From positions 544,001 to 608,000 of the forward strand of contig CAVWUU010000001.1 of assembly GCA_963758295.1 (NCBI GenBank): a stretch of 64,000 nucleotides of DNA, written 5' to 3'. The notes under the pieces are model-generated. The model saw nothing but the letters and a program-made list of their open reading frames with translations, was not told the DNA's origin and made no database searches. The DNA comes from Candidatus Eremiobacteria bacterium (GTDB taxonomy: Bacteria; Vulcanimicrobiota; Vulcanimicrobiia; Vulcanimicrobiales; Vulcanimicrobiaceae). Shown here piece after piece: positions 9,975 to 18,747 of this stretch (the stretch's first letter is position 1; each line of letters starts with the position of its first letter). Both the position numbers and the translations under genes were made by a program.

Positions 9975-11366
9975 CGACATCGATCCGGAGCTCGCGACGT
10001 ATTGCGACGCGCATCGACGACGAGCTACCTCGACGAGCTCAAAGCGTTGGATTGCGATTCCGTCGGTCTCCGCCGATCCGGCGCACCGGCGACGTTCGGC
10101 GTTGCTGCGAGCGGCTGGTCGAACGCATGAGCGAAATCGGGCTTGACGCGCGCGTTCTCGAAACCGCCGGCAATCCGCTGGCATACGGCAGTGGCTGGAC
10201 GCGCCCGGCAAGCCGACGATGCTGATCTACGGCCACTACGACGTGCAGCCGGTCGATCCGATCGAGCTGTGGGAGAGCCCGCCGTTCGAAGGCACGGTGC
10301 GCGACGGCAAAATATATCGGCCGCGGCGCGGTCGACGACAAAGGCCAAGTGCTGATGCATCTGGCCGCGATCGAAGCGCATATGAAGACGCGCGGACGGC
10401 TGCCGGTCAACGTCAAGGTCGTCGTCGAAGGCGAAGAAGAGATCGGCTCGCCGAACTTCGAAGCGGCGCTCGAGCGCTACAGCGACGCGCTTCGCTGCCG
10501 ACGTCGCCGTCATCTCCGACACGGCGGTGTATGCCGAAGACGTTCCGTCGCTGACGACGTCGATGCGCGGGCTTGGTGCATTGGGAAATCACGGTGAGCG
10601 GACCGACGGCAGACGTGCACTCCGGCTATTACGGCGGCATCGTTCGCAATCCGATCGAAGCGCTCGCCGCGCATCATCGCGACGCTGAAAGATGCCGACG
10701 GCCGCGTTACCGTTCCCGGCTTCTACGACGGCGTGCCGGAGCTGGAACCCGAGCGGCTCGCGGAGCTGCGCAGCGCTGCCGTTCGACGAAGCGCGCGAAG
10801 CGCGCGCAGCTCGGCGTGCCGGAACTCGCGCGGCGAGACGCGGACGCTTGCCGCTCGAGCGCATGTGGTTCCGTCCGACGCTCGAGTGCAACGGCATTTG
10901 GGGCGGCTATCAAGGACCGGGCAGCAAGACGATCATTCCGAGTTGGGCGAAAGCAAAGATCTCGGCGCGACTGGTCGGCGAGCAAGATCCCGCGCGCGTT
11001 CGCGGCATCGTCGACGACGTATATCGAACGACATCGCGCCGCCCGGCGTGCGCGTCGACGGTCGAGCACGGACGGCGAAACGCGCGCCGGTCGTCGTCGC
11101 GCGCGACCATCCGGCCGTCGCAGCGGCGGCACGCGCGATGGAGGCCGGCTTCGGCAAGGCGCCGGTGTTCATCGGCACCGGCGGATCGATCGGCCCGGTC
11201 GCGAGTTTCGATCGCGTTCTCGGGATGCCGCAGGTGCTGATCGGCGTCGGATTGCCCGACGACCACATTCACGCGCCGAACGAGAAGTTCAATCTCTCGC
11301 AATTTTTCGGCGGCATTCAGCACGATGGCGTGCCTGTACGACGAGTTGGCGGAACCGCGTTCGTGA
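9971..11366 (+). CDS. M20 family dipeptidase (CNDP2/DapE-like; many frameshifts)
   Basis: [65 protein letters not shown]. Confidence 0.9.
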
Positions 11367-12340
11367 TTCCGATTCCTTGGGCGCTGACGGTGATGCAGCT
11401 GATCCCCTCGCCGCCGCCGCAGCCGATGGGGCCAACCCCGATCCCGGCCGGTCCATCGCCGTCGCCCACGCCATTTTCCGAGCGCGGTTTGTTGAGCAGC
11501 GGACTCGATGCGCTGGCCGCGCGCGTGAAAGCGCAGACCGGCGGAACGCTCGGCGCCGTAGTTTGGGATTTGCACAACGGGATCAACGTGCAGTGCAATG
11601 CGCAGCTGGCGTTCCCCATGGCGAGCGTCCAAAAACTGCCGTTGGCGGTGCTTACGTATGCGGCGATCGACTCGGGAGAGTTCCAAGCGAGTCAAACGAT
11701 TGCGATCGAACCCGCCGACGTCGTAACGACGGTCAGCCCGATCGCTCAAGAGTACGCAAAAGGACGTCGCGCGTACACCTTGCGCGAGCTCGTCGCGCGC
11801 ATGCTGCAGGACAGCGATAATACCGCCGCGGATGCGATTTATCGCGTTCTCGGCGGCGCTCAAGCGATCAATACATCGCTCACGGCAATGGGCTTCGACG
11901 GCTTCGCATATCGAACGGATGAAGCCGGACTCAGCGCCGATGCGGCGGCGGGACGAACGTTTGCGCGCGGTGGTGATAATGCGGGATCGCCTGCCGCGAT
12001 AGCCCAGATGCTCGGTGATTTGGCCCAGGGCAAGATCCTTTCCCAGACTTCGCGTGCCGAACTGCGAGGAATGTTAGCCGCCGTGAATACGTTCCCGGAC
12101 CGCTTGCGCGCCGGGTTTGGTGCCGGCACGTCCGTCGAGCACAAGACTGGGACGTCGATTACGGCCGGCGGCGTAACAGACGCAACGAACGACGTGGGAA
12201 TCGTTAACGCGAACGGACGTACGCTTGTTGTGGTCGCGATGCTTCACGGCGCGAAGGGTTCCGATAAGCAGCGCGATTCGCTCATTGCCGCAGTCGCGCA
12301 AATCGCGAACGACGCGACGCGGCTCTTTCCGACGCAATAG
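11363..12340 (+). CDS. Class A beta-lactamase-like serine hydrolase (Beta-lactamase2 family) with Pro-rich N-terminus
   Basis: FPMASVQK (SxxK), SDN, HKTGT, RTDE in omega-loop position; GTGA overlap with M20 stop. Confidence 0.88.
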   Translation: MIPIPWALTVMQLIPSPPPQPMGPTPIPAGPSPSPTPFSERGLLSSGLDALAARVKAQTGGTLGAVVWDLHNGINVQCNAQLAFPMASVQKLPLAVLTYAAIDSGEFQASQTIAIEPADVVTTVSPIAQEYAKGRRAYTLRELVARMLQDSDNTAADAIYRVLGGAQAINTSLTAMGFDGFAYRTDEAGLSADAAAGRTFARGGDNAGSPAAIAQMLGDLAQGKILSQTSRAELRGMLAAVNTFPDRLRAGFGAGTSVEHKTGTSITAGGVTDATNDVGIVNANGRTLVVVAMLHGAKGSDKQRDSLIAAVAQIANDATRLFPTQ

Positions 12341-12342
12341 CC

Positions 12343-14436
12343 GTGCGCAAGCTGCGTCTGGGCGTCGACGTCGGCGGAACGTTTACCGACGTCGTGGCAA
12401 TCGACGCAGCGACTCGCGAACTGGTTGCTCGCATCAAAGTCCCGACGACCCACCGTGCCGCCGAAGGCGTTGCTGCGGGTATCGTTCAAGGCATCGGCCA
12501 CATTCTGAGCGATAGCGGCGTCGAGCCGCAAGACGTGGCATTTATCGCGCACTCCACGACGCAAGCCACGAACGCCCTCCTTGAAGGCGACGTCGCCCGC
12601 GTCGGCGTGATTGGCATCACCGGGCGGTTCGGCTGGATCGCACGCCGTCAACTGCGTTTTCACGCAGTCGAGCTTGCTCCCGGCGTAAAATTCGAGCCGA
12701 AGTTCGCGTTCAGCGCCAAGCACGACGGCGATATCGAAGCGGCGGTAAAAACGCTCGTTGCCGCCGGGACGGAAGCGATCGCCGCCAGTGCGCCGTTCGG
12801 CGTTGACCGTCCCCGTTACGAGATTACCGCCGTCGAAAATGCTAAGGCGGCGGGCGTATTTGCGACGAGCGGGCACGACGTAACGGCGATGTACGGATTG
12901 CGCGCGCGCACTCGCACGGCCGCGTTGAACGCTGCGATTCTTCCCAAGATGGTCCGCACGGCACGCATGACGGCGCAAGCGGTGAGTGAAGCGGCAATCG
13001 GCGCACCCCTTATGATCATGCGAAGCGACGGCGGCGTAATGGACGTTCGGGAAATCGAGCGGCGCCCGATTCTGACCTTGCTCTCGGGTCCGGCAGCCGG
13101 TGTCGCGGGTGCGTTGCTCTACGAAAACGTCACGGACGGTATCTTTTTGGAAGTCGGCGGTACGAGCGTCGATTGTTCCGCCATCCGTGCGGGACAGCCG
13201 CAAATGCGCCCCGCGAAGATCGGCGGCCATCGGACGATGTTGCGCACCATAGACTCACGGACACTCGGCATCGCGGGCGGAAGCATGCCGCGTATTTCGG
13301 CCAATGCAATCGTCGATGTCGGTCCTCGATCCGCGCATATTGCCGGATGCGCGTACGCAACGTTTCTTCCGCCTGACGCGTTGGACGGCGCCCGAGTCGA
13401 GCGGTTTGCACCGACGGCGCACGATCCCGACGACTACGTGCGTTTCGTTCTTGCCAATGGCGAGGCGGCGACCGTCACGCCGACGTGCGCAAGCAATTTG
13501 CTCGGCTACGTTGCGGATGATGCCTTTGCACGCGGTAATGCTGAATCGGCTCGGCGCGCCTTTGCCCTTCTTGCCGAAACGATGGGCAGCGACGCCGAGT
13601 CGCTCGCGCGACGGATGTTGGAGCTGGGAACGCAGAAAGTTCGCGCCTGCATCGACGAATTAATTGCCGACTACGGACTGCCGCGCGAACGGCTGGTATT
13701 GATCGGCGGCGGAGGGGGCGCGGCCTCGCTGGTGCCGTTTGTCGCTGAGAGCCTGGCCTTCGAACATCGCATTGCGCGCGATGCGGAAGTCATTTCGCCG
13801 ATCGGTGTGGCGCTTGCGCTCGTGCGCGACGTGGTCGAACGTACCATCGTCGATCCTTCCCCGGAAGACATCGTGCGTTTAAGGCGCGAGGTTTCCGATC
13901 GGGTTATTGCGGCCGGCGCATCGCCGGATCGCATCGAAGTAGCTGTCGAAATCGACGCACAACGCAATCGCGTTCGTGCGACGGCATCCGGCGCGACGGC
14001 GCTCGTCGAAGCGGCGGGACGAACGGCGCAAGGAGAAGTTGAGCAACGAGCCGCTGCCGCGCGCGCCATGCGGCTATCGCCGGCAAAGCTGGAGCGCTCC
14101 GAGCTGACGCCGCAACTGACAGCGTATGTCTCCGGAAAAGATTTGCGAATCGTCGACGAACGCGCTATCGTTCGTTTAGCGTTACGCGACGCAACGATTC
14201 ACAAGGCTACAGCCGGCACGTTGGAAGCACGTTTGCGCGAGGCGATCGAAAATGCGACGGCATTTGGCGACGTCGGCCGGTCGCTGCCGGAAGTCTACGT
14301 CATACACGGGGGCAGAATCGCCGACTTCAGCGGGCTGGCCGGCGTAGAACAGGCGATTGCGCTCGCTCGCGAAGAAATTGGCGGACGCGAAGCCGTGGAA
14401 GCGGTAAGCATCCTGACCGTGCCGCGCGCAGCGTAG
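12343..14436 (+). CDS. Hydantoinase/oxoprolinase A-family protein
   Basis: GVDVGGTFTD, HSTTQATNALLEG, MIMRSDGG, LLSGPAAGVAG, EVGGTSVD, GGGGGA. Confidence 0.9.
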   Translation: MRKLRLGVDVGGTFTDVVAIDAATRELVARIKVPTTHRAAEGVAAGIVQGIGHILSDSGVEPQDVAFIAHSTTQATNALLEGDVARVGVIGITGRFGWIARRQLRFHAVELAPGVKFEPKFAFSAKHDGDIEAAVKTLVAAGTEAIAASAPFGVDRPRYEITAVENAKAAGVFATSGHDVTAMYGLRARTRTAALNAAILPKMVRTARMTAQAVSEAAIGAPLMIMRSDGGVMDVREIERRPILTLLSGPAAGVAGALLYENVTDGIFLEVGGTSVDCSAIRAGQPQMRPAKIGGHRTMLRTIDSRTLGIAGGSMPRISANAIVDVGPRSAHIAGCAYATFLPPDALDGARVERFAPTAHDPDDYVRFVLANGEAATVTPTCASNLLGYVADDAFARGNAESARRAFALLAETMGSDAESLARRMLELGTQKVRACIDELIADYGLPRERLVLIGGGGGAASLVPFVAESLAFEHRIARDAEVISPIGVALALVRDVVERTIVDPSPEDIVRLRREVSDRVIAAGASPDRIEVAVEIDAQRNRVRATASGATALVEAAGRTAQGEVEQRAAAARAMRLSPAKLERSELTPQLTAYVSGKDLRIVDERAIVRLALRDATIHKATAGTLEARLREAIENATAFGDVGRSLPEVYVIHGGRIADFSGLAGVEQAIALAREEIGGREAVEAVSILTVPRAA

Positions 14437-14628
14437 GCGAAAAGGCACATAACGCGACGATGACGCACTAAGCAGCGATGCCACGCGCCTACCGGCTCGG
14501 ACAAAGAAGAGCTTCCATTCCGAAGTGGCCGGCGGCGCTCTGGATCTGGACTTGACGCCATCGCAACGTCCAGCCTGCTCGTTTGCGCGCTCGTGTTCAT
14601 GACGCTTGCGACGCACTTGTAACTCCGG

Positions 14629-14669
14629 AAAAGAAAAAGAGCCGCGTCGTCGCGGCTCTTTTTCCTTTT
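14629..14669. terminator. Bidirectional intrinsic terminator
   Basis: AAAAGAAAAAGAGCCGCG-TCGT-CGCGGCTCTTTTTCCTTTT between convergent genes. Confidence 0.9.
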
Positions 14670-14685
14670 GGGCAGAGTGTTGTGG

Positions 14686-16194
14686 TTATGCGACTTCCAC
14701 CACGGCGGCGGCGGCGGCTTCTTCCCGGCCGACGATGCTGTGGCGCCGGCTGTACAAGAAATAGACACACAAGCCGATCGCGAGCCATACGAGAAACCCG
14801 AACCACGGCAGCGGGATGCCGAGAATATACGTGACGTCGATCTTGAACCCGAACGCTTTTGCCATGAGCGGCGACCAGAACGGCGCTAGGAGCAAGAGAC
14901 CGGATAGGATCGCGGAGGTGACCGGAATGATGTACGGCCCGCCGGGCACTTCGTACCCTTTTGTTGAGGGGTATTTCTTCCGGAGGATAGGCAGAGCGAT
15001 GGACACGAGGACGAACGCGAAGAGCGTACCCATGTTCGTCAGTTCACCGAGAATGCTGATTGGCGTCAGGGAACCGGTGATCGCGATCAAGATCGTGAAA
15101 ATGACGGTCGTAACCGCGGGCGTGCGGAATTTCGGGTGAACCCGCGAGAAGAACGACGGAAGAAGCCCGTCACGCGACATTGCGAAGAAGACGCGCGTCT
15201 GTCCGAACATCATGACAAGAAGGACCGTCGTAAGACCCGCAATGGCGCCGAGCGCGATCGATGCGCTCGCCCATGGCATGCCGATTTGATCGACGGCGTA
15301 AGCTACCGGCTGCGGCACGTTGAGCGTCTTGAAATTAACCATACCGGTCAGAATCGCCGCCACGATGATGTAGAGAACGGTGCAAACGGCAAGGCTGCCG
15401 ACAATGCCGATCGGCATGTCTTTCTTCGGATTTATCGATTCCTCGGCTGCGGTCGATACGGCATCGAAGCCGATATAAGCGAAGAACACGAAGAAGGCGC
15501 CGAAAAACGTTCCGCCTAGCGTGTACGGGAAGTACGGCGACCAGTTTGCGGTGTTGACGTGCCCCACACCTATGGCGATGAAGAAGAGCACGATGCAGAC
15601 CTTGATCGTTACGATGACGTTGTTTACCAGCGCCGATTCGCGCGTTCCGCGGTACAGCAAGAAGCCGATCAGCAAAATGATGCAGAAGGCCGGCAGATTC
15701 ATGAACCCGTGCATTGGTGCGCCGGTGGGGCCGGTGTCGAACGGATTGTGCATCAGCGCTTGCGGAATCTGAATTCCGGTGATGTTCTTTACGACGGTAT
15801 AGAAGTAGCCGGACCAGCCGACGCTTACCGTCGCTGCGCCGAGTGCATACTCCAGGACCAAATCCCAGCCGATAATCCACGCCAGGAATTCACCGAGCGA
15901 CGCATAGGCAAAGGTGTACGCGCTGCCCGCAATGGGGACGCGGCTCGCGACCTCTGAATAGCATAAGGCGGCAAACGCACTTACGAAACCGGCGATGATA
16001 AACGAAATCGTCAACGACGGTCCCGTGTATTTCGCCGAGGCGACGCCGGTAAGCACGAAGATGCCGGTGCCGATAATAGCGCCGATGCCCATGGCGATGA
16101 GCGATCCGGCTCCGAGCGTCTTCTTAAGACTGTGGGTTTGCTCTTCCGTGTCCGCAAGCAGACGCGAGAGCGGCTTTACGCGTTGTAGCAGCAT
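14686..16194 (-). CDS. APC family amino-acid permease (cationic amino-acid transporter-like)
   Basis: GAIIGTGIF, AGSAY, WIIGWDLVLEY, FFAYIGFDAVST, MSRDGLLP; about 13 TMs. Confidence 0.93.
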   Translation of the reverse strand: MLLQRVKPLSRLLADTEEQTHSLKKTLGAGSLIAMGIGAIIGTGIFVLTGVASAKYTGPSLTISFIIAGFVSAFAALCYSEVASRVPIAGSAYTFAYASLGEFLAWIIGWDLVLEYALGAATVSVGWSGYFYTVVKNITGIQIPQALMHNPFDTGPTGAPMHGFMNLPAFCIILLIGFLLYRGTRESALVNNVIVTIKVCIVLFFIAIGVGHVNTANWSPYFPYTLGGTFFGAFFVFFAYIGFDAVSTAAEESINPKKDMPIGIVGSLAVCTVLYIIVAAILTGMVNFKTLNVPQPVAYAVDQIGMPWASASIALGAIAGLTTVLLVMMFGQTRVFFAMSRDGLLPSFFSRVHPKFRTPAVTTVIFTILIAITGSLTPISILGELTNMGTLFAFVLVSIALPILRKKYPSTKGYEVPGGPYIIPVTSAILSGLLLLAPFWSPLMAKAFGFKIDVTYILGIPLPWFGFLVWLAIGLCVYFLYSRRHSIVGREEAAAAAVVEVA

Positions 16195-16239
16195 TAAGGC
16201 TGCTCAATACCCGATTAACAGCCTTGCTGACCTCTGCCT

Positions 16240-16957
16240 CTACCGTCTCGTCCCTACAAAGAGCCCCCTACCGGCCGGAGCCTCCGGATCGTACTCTACG
16301 TCGAACTTCTTGGTGCGTTCGAACGCCCCGCGATACTCGGCGTCGGTGAAGAGCATCAGCCGGTGGGGCTCGGCGAACGTGCGGACGCCGTCGGGCGCCG
16401 CCGTCATGAAGTTGTAGTTCAGGATCGACACGTTGCCGTCGCGACGGCTCACGCTCATGCGCGCTACCTTCAGGTTCGGTTCGTCGGCAAACTTTGCGTC
16501 GATGTATCCGTCGCGCCACTCGCTCGGGGCGAACCCACGGCTCGATGACGACTACGCCGCCCGGCCGAACGTGGCGCGCGAACGTCTCGAGGGTTTGGTC
16601 GAGGAGCCGTACGTTCGGCACGTAGCCGATCGAGCCGAAGAGGCAGACGATCGCGTCGAAGCGCGCGCCTAAATTGAAGCCGATCATGTCTTGCAGGTGC
16701 AGCGGAACGTCGTGCAGCCGTTCCTGTGCGACCGCGAGCATCGCTCGATCCACGTCGAGGCCTTCGGCGGCGTACCACTGGCGCAGGAACTCGAGATGAC
16801 GTCCCGTTCCGCACGCTACGTCTAGTAGCGCCGTCCCGTCGGAACGTTTATGCGACTCAATGACGTCGTGGATGCGCGTCGCCTCGGCGGCGTAGTCTTT
16901 GCCGTCGGCGCGTTGCAGTGCATCGTAGTACGCAGCGGAGCGTGCGTAGATCGACAT
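16240..16957 (-). CDS. Class I SAM-dependent methyltransferase (TylM1/DesVI-like), frameshift near 16535
   Basis: GKDYAAEA, LLDVACGTGRH, DM..F.LG.RFDAIVCLFGSIGY, PGGVVVIEPW; C-terminus EPHRLMLFT continues in ORF 16240..16458. Confidence 0.85.
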
Positions 16958-17089
16958 TGAAATCCCCTTAGAAAACCGATTGCGCTATAGAACTTCACGG
17001 CGAAAACGTCCGCGCGCGATAAAGAACGCGCTTGGTTTGAACCCTATCTGCAAAATGGCCTTCCAACCAAGCTGACGAAGGGCCAATGT

Positions 17090-18439
17090 ATGCATGAATA
17101 CGACGTGCTCGTCGTCGGCGGCGGTAACGCCGGTTGTGCGGCGGCACTCGCAGCGGCGCGTCACGGCGCACGCACGATGCTTGTCGAGCGCTATGGATTT
17201 CTCGGCGGAACGGCCACTGCATCGATGGTCGGCCCGTGGATGACGTTCCACTCCGGCGACGAGCGCATCGTGGGCGGCATCGCACAGGAAATCGTCGAGC
17301 GGCTCGTCCGGCGCGGCGCATCGCCGGGACACATCGGCGATTCTTCGGATTACGTAGCGACAATCACGCCTTTCGATCCCGAAATGCATAAAGCGTTGCT
17401 CTTCGAGATGATGAAGGAAGCCAAGGTGCAGCTTTTGCTGCATTCGTGGTTCCTTCGGGCCGAAGTAGAAGGCGACGCAATTACCGGTGCGACGTTTGCT
17501 ACGGTCGGCGGTGAACGATCGTATCGCGCAAGGACCGTGATCGACACCACGGCCGACGCGTACGTTGCTGCATCGGCCGGCGTGGAAACGCAGCAGGGCG
17601 ACGCCCGCGGCCGCGTACAGCCGGCCAGTTTGATGTTCCGGCTGAGCCACGTCGACCTGACGAAGACCGCTACCTACGTACGAATGCACGTCGACCAAAT
17701 GCGTTCGTCGCTGAAAGCGCACGAACGCACCGCACCGGCGCTTACCGCCGTGGCCGGTTTGTACGATCTTTGGCGCCAAGCCAAAGACGACGGCCTCGTA
17801 GACATTCCGCGCGAGCTCGTCTCGTTTTTCATCTCACCGTATCCCGATGAAGTCACGGTGAACATGACGCGCGTCACGAATATCGATCCGTTAGACCCCG
17901 AAGACCTAACGCGAGCCGAAGTGGAAGCACGCTTGCAAGTAACGGCACTGCTGCGATTCTTTCGCGAGCGCGTTCCGGGATTCGAAAACGCTCGATTGGC
18001 AGCGACCGGCGCGCAAGTCGGGATTCGGGAATCGCGCCGTATCGTTGGACGCTACACGCTTACGGCCGACGACGTTCTGCATGCGCGCCGCTTCGATGAC
18101 GCCGTCGCGCGCAGCGCCTATCCGGTCGACATTCACAATCCGTCGGGAAGCGGGACGACGACTCACCGGCTCGAGCCCGGCGAAAGCTACGAAATTCCGT
18201 ATCGCTGTTTGTTGCCCGCGAAACGCGAACGTATGCTCGTTGCCGGCCGTTGCATTTCCACGACGCATGAAGCACTTGCGTCTACGCGCCTTACCCCGAC
18301 CGTTATGACGCTCGGACAGGCTGCCGGAACCGCGGCCGCCTTAGCGAAAAACCATCGCGTTCGCGTGTCGGAAGTAGACACTCACAAACTCCGGGAGACG
18401 CTCATAGCCGACGGAGTCGACCTACGGAGAAGTTCGTGA
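17090..18439 (+). CDS. FAD-dependent oxidoreductase (PF12831-like)
   Basis: DVLVVGGGNAGCAAA, ERYGFLGG, GIRESRRI.G, YEIPYRCL, VAGRCIS, GQAAGTAA. Confidence 0.9.
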   Translation: MHEYDVLVVGGGNAGCAAALAAARHGARTMLVERYGFLGGTATASMVGPWMTFHSGDERIVGGIAQEIVERLVRRGASPGHIGDSSDYVATITPFDPEMHKALLFEMMKEAKVQLLLHSWFLRAEVEGDAITGATFATVGGERSYRARTVIDTTADAYVAASAGVETQQGDARGRVQPASLMFRLSHVDLTKTATYVRMHVDQMRSSLKAHERTAPALTAVAGLYDLWRQAKDDGLVDIPRELVSFFISPYPDEVTVNMTRVTNIDPLDPEDLTRAEVEARLQVTALLRFFRERVPGFENARLAATGAQVGIRESRRIVGRYTLTADDVLHARRFDDAVARSAYPVDIHNPSGSGTTTHRLEPGESYEIPYRCLLPAKRERMLVAGRCISTTHEALASTRLTPTVMTLGQAAGTAAALAKNHRVRVSEVDTHKLRETLIADGVDLRRSS

Positions 18440-18745
18440 ATCCAGCATTGAGTTTAGCGCGCGAGTACGGCGTCACGGTCGCAATTTGCCGATTTGGGCG
18501 ATTGGGGCGTGGACGAGCTGCGCTCCGAATACGACCCCGAAGGCCCGGTGATTCGTGTGAACGTGCGAGTGGCAGAGCAGCTGACGGTTGCGGAGCTTGG
18601 TGAGTTTGTGACGTTTGCGGTCGGTCACGAGTTGTACCACCATCGCGAGCACATCGGTGAAATTCTGCGCTTGGAAGAGCGCAAAGACCGCGAAATTGCC
18701 GCGAACGAGTTCGCACGCAAGCTTCTGAATCTGCACGTGAACTGA
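18436..18745 (+). CDS. Small ImmA/IrrE-like HExxH metallopeptidase domain protein (indel near 18490)
   Basis: GTGA overlap at 18436; FAVGHELYH and EIAANEFARKLL. Confidence 0.7.
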
Positions 18746-18747
18746 CG

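Noticed and set aside
5896..11366. Calling GH20, permease and M20 genes pseudogenes
   Set aside because: Catalytic motifs and start/stop coupling are intact; the damage is dominated by indels in one bounded block, typical of consensus error.
10733..12340. M20 peptidase-beta-lactamase fusion suggested by the 535-aa ORF
   Set aside because: An indel near 11322 joins the frames; the M20 gene has its own stop (TGA 11364-66) overlapping the GTG start of the hydrolase.
16995..17085. Hammerhead ribozyme or fluoride riboswitch (CTGACGA, GAAA, GCTGACGA)
   Set aside because: No UH cleavage triplet before stem I and no stem II pairing; the fluoride riboswitch P1 is absent.
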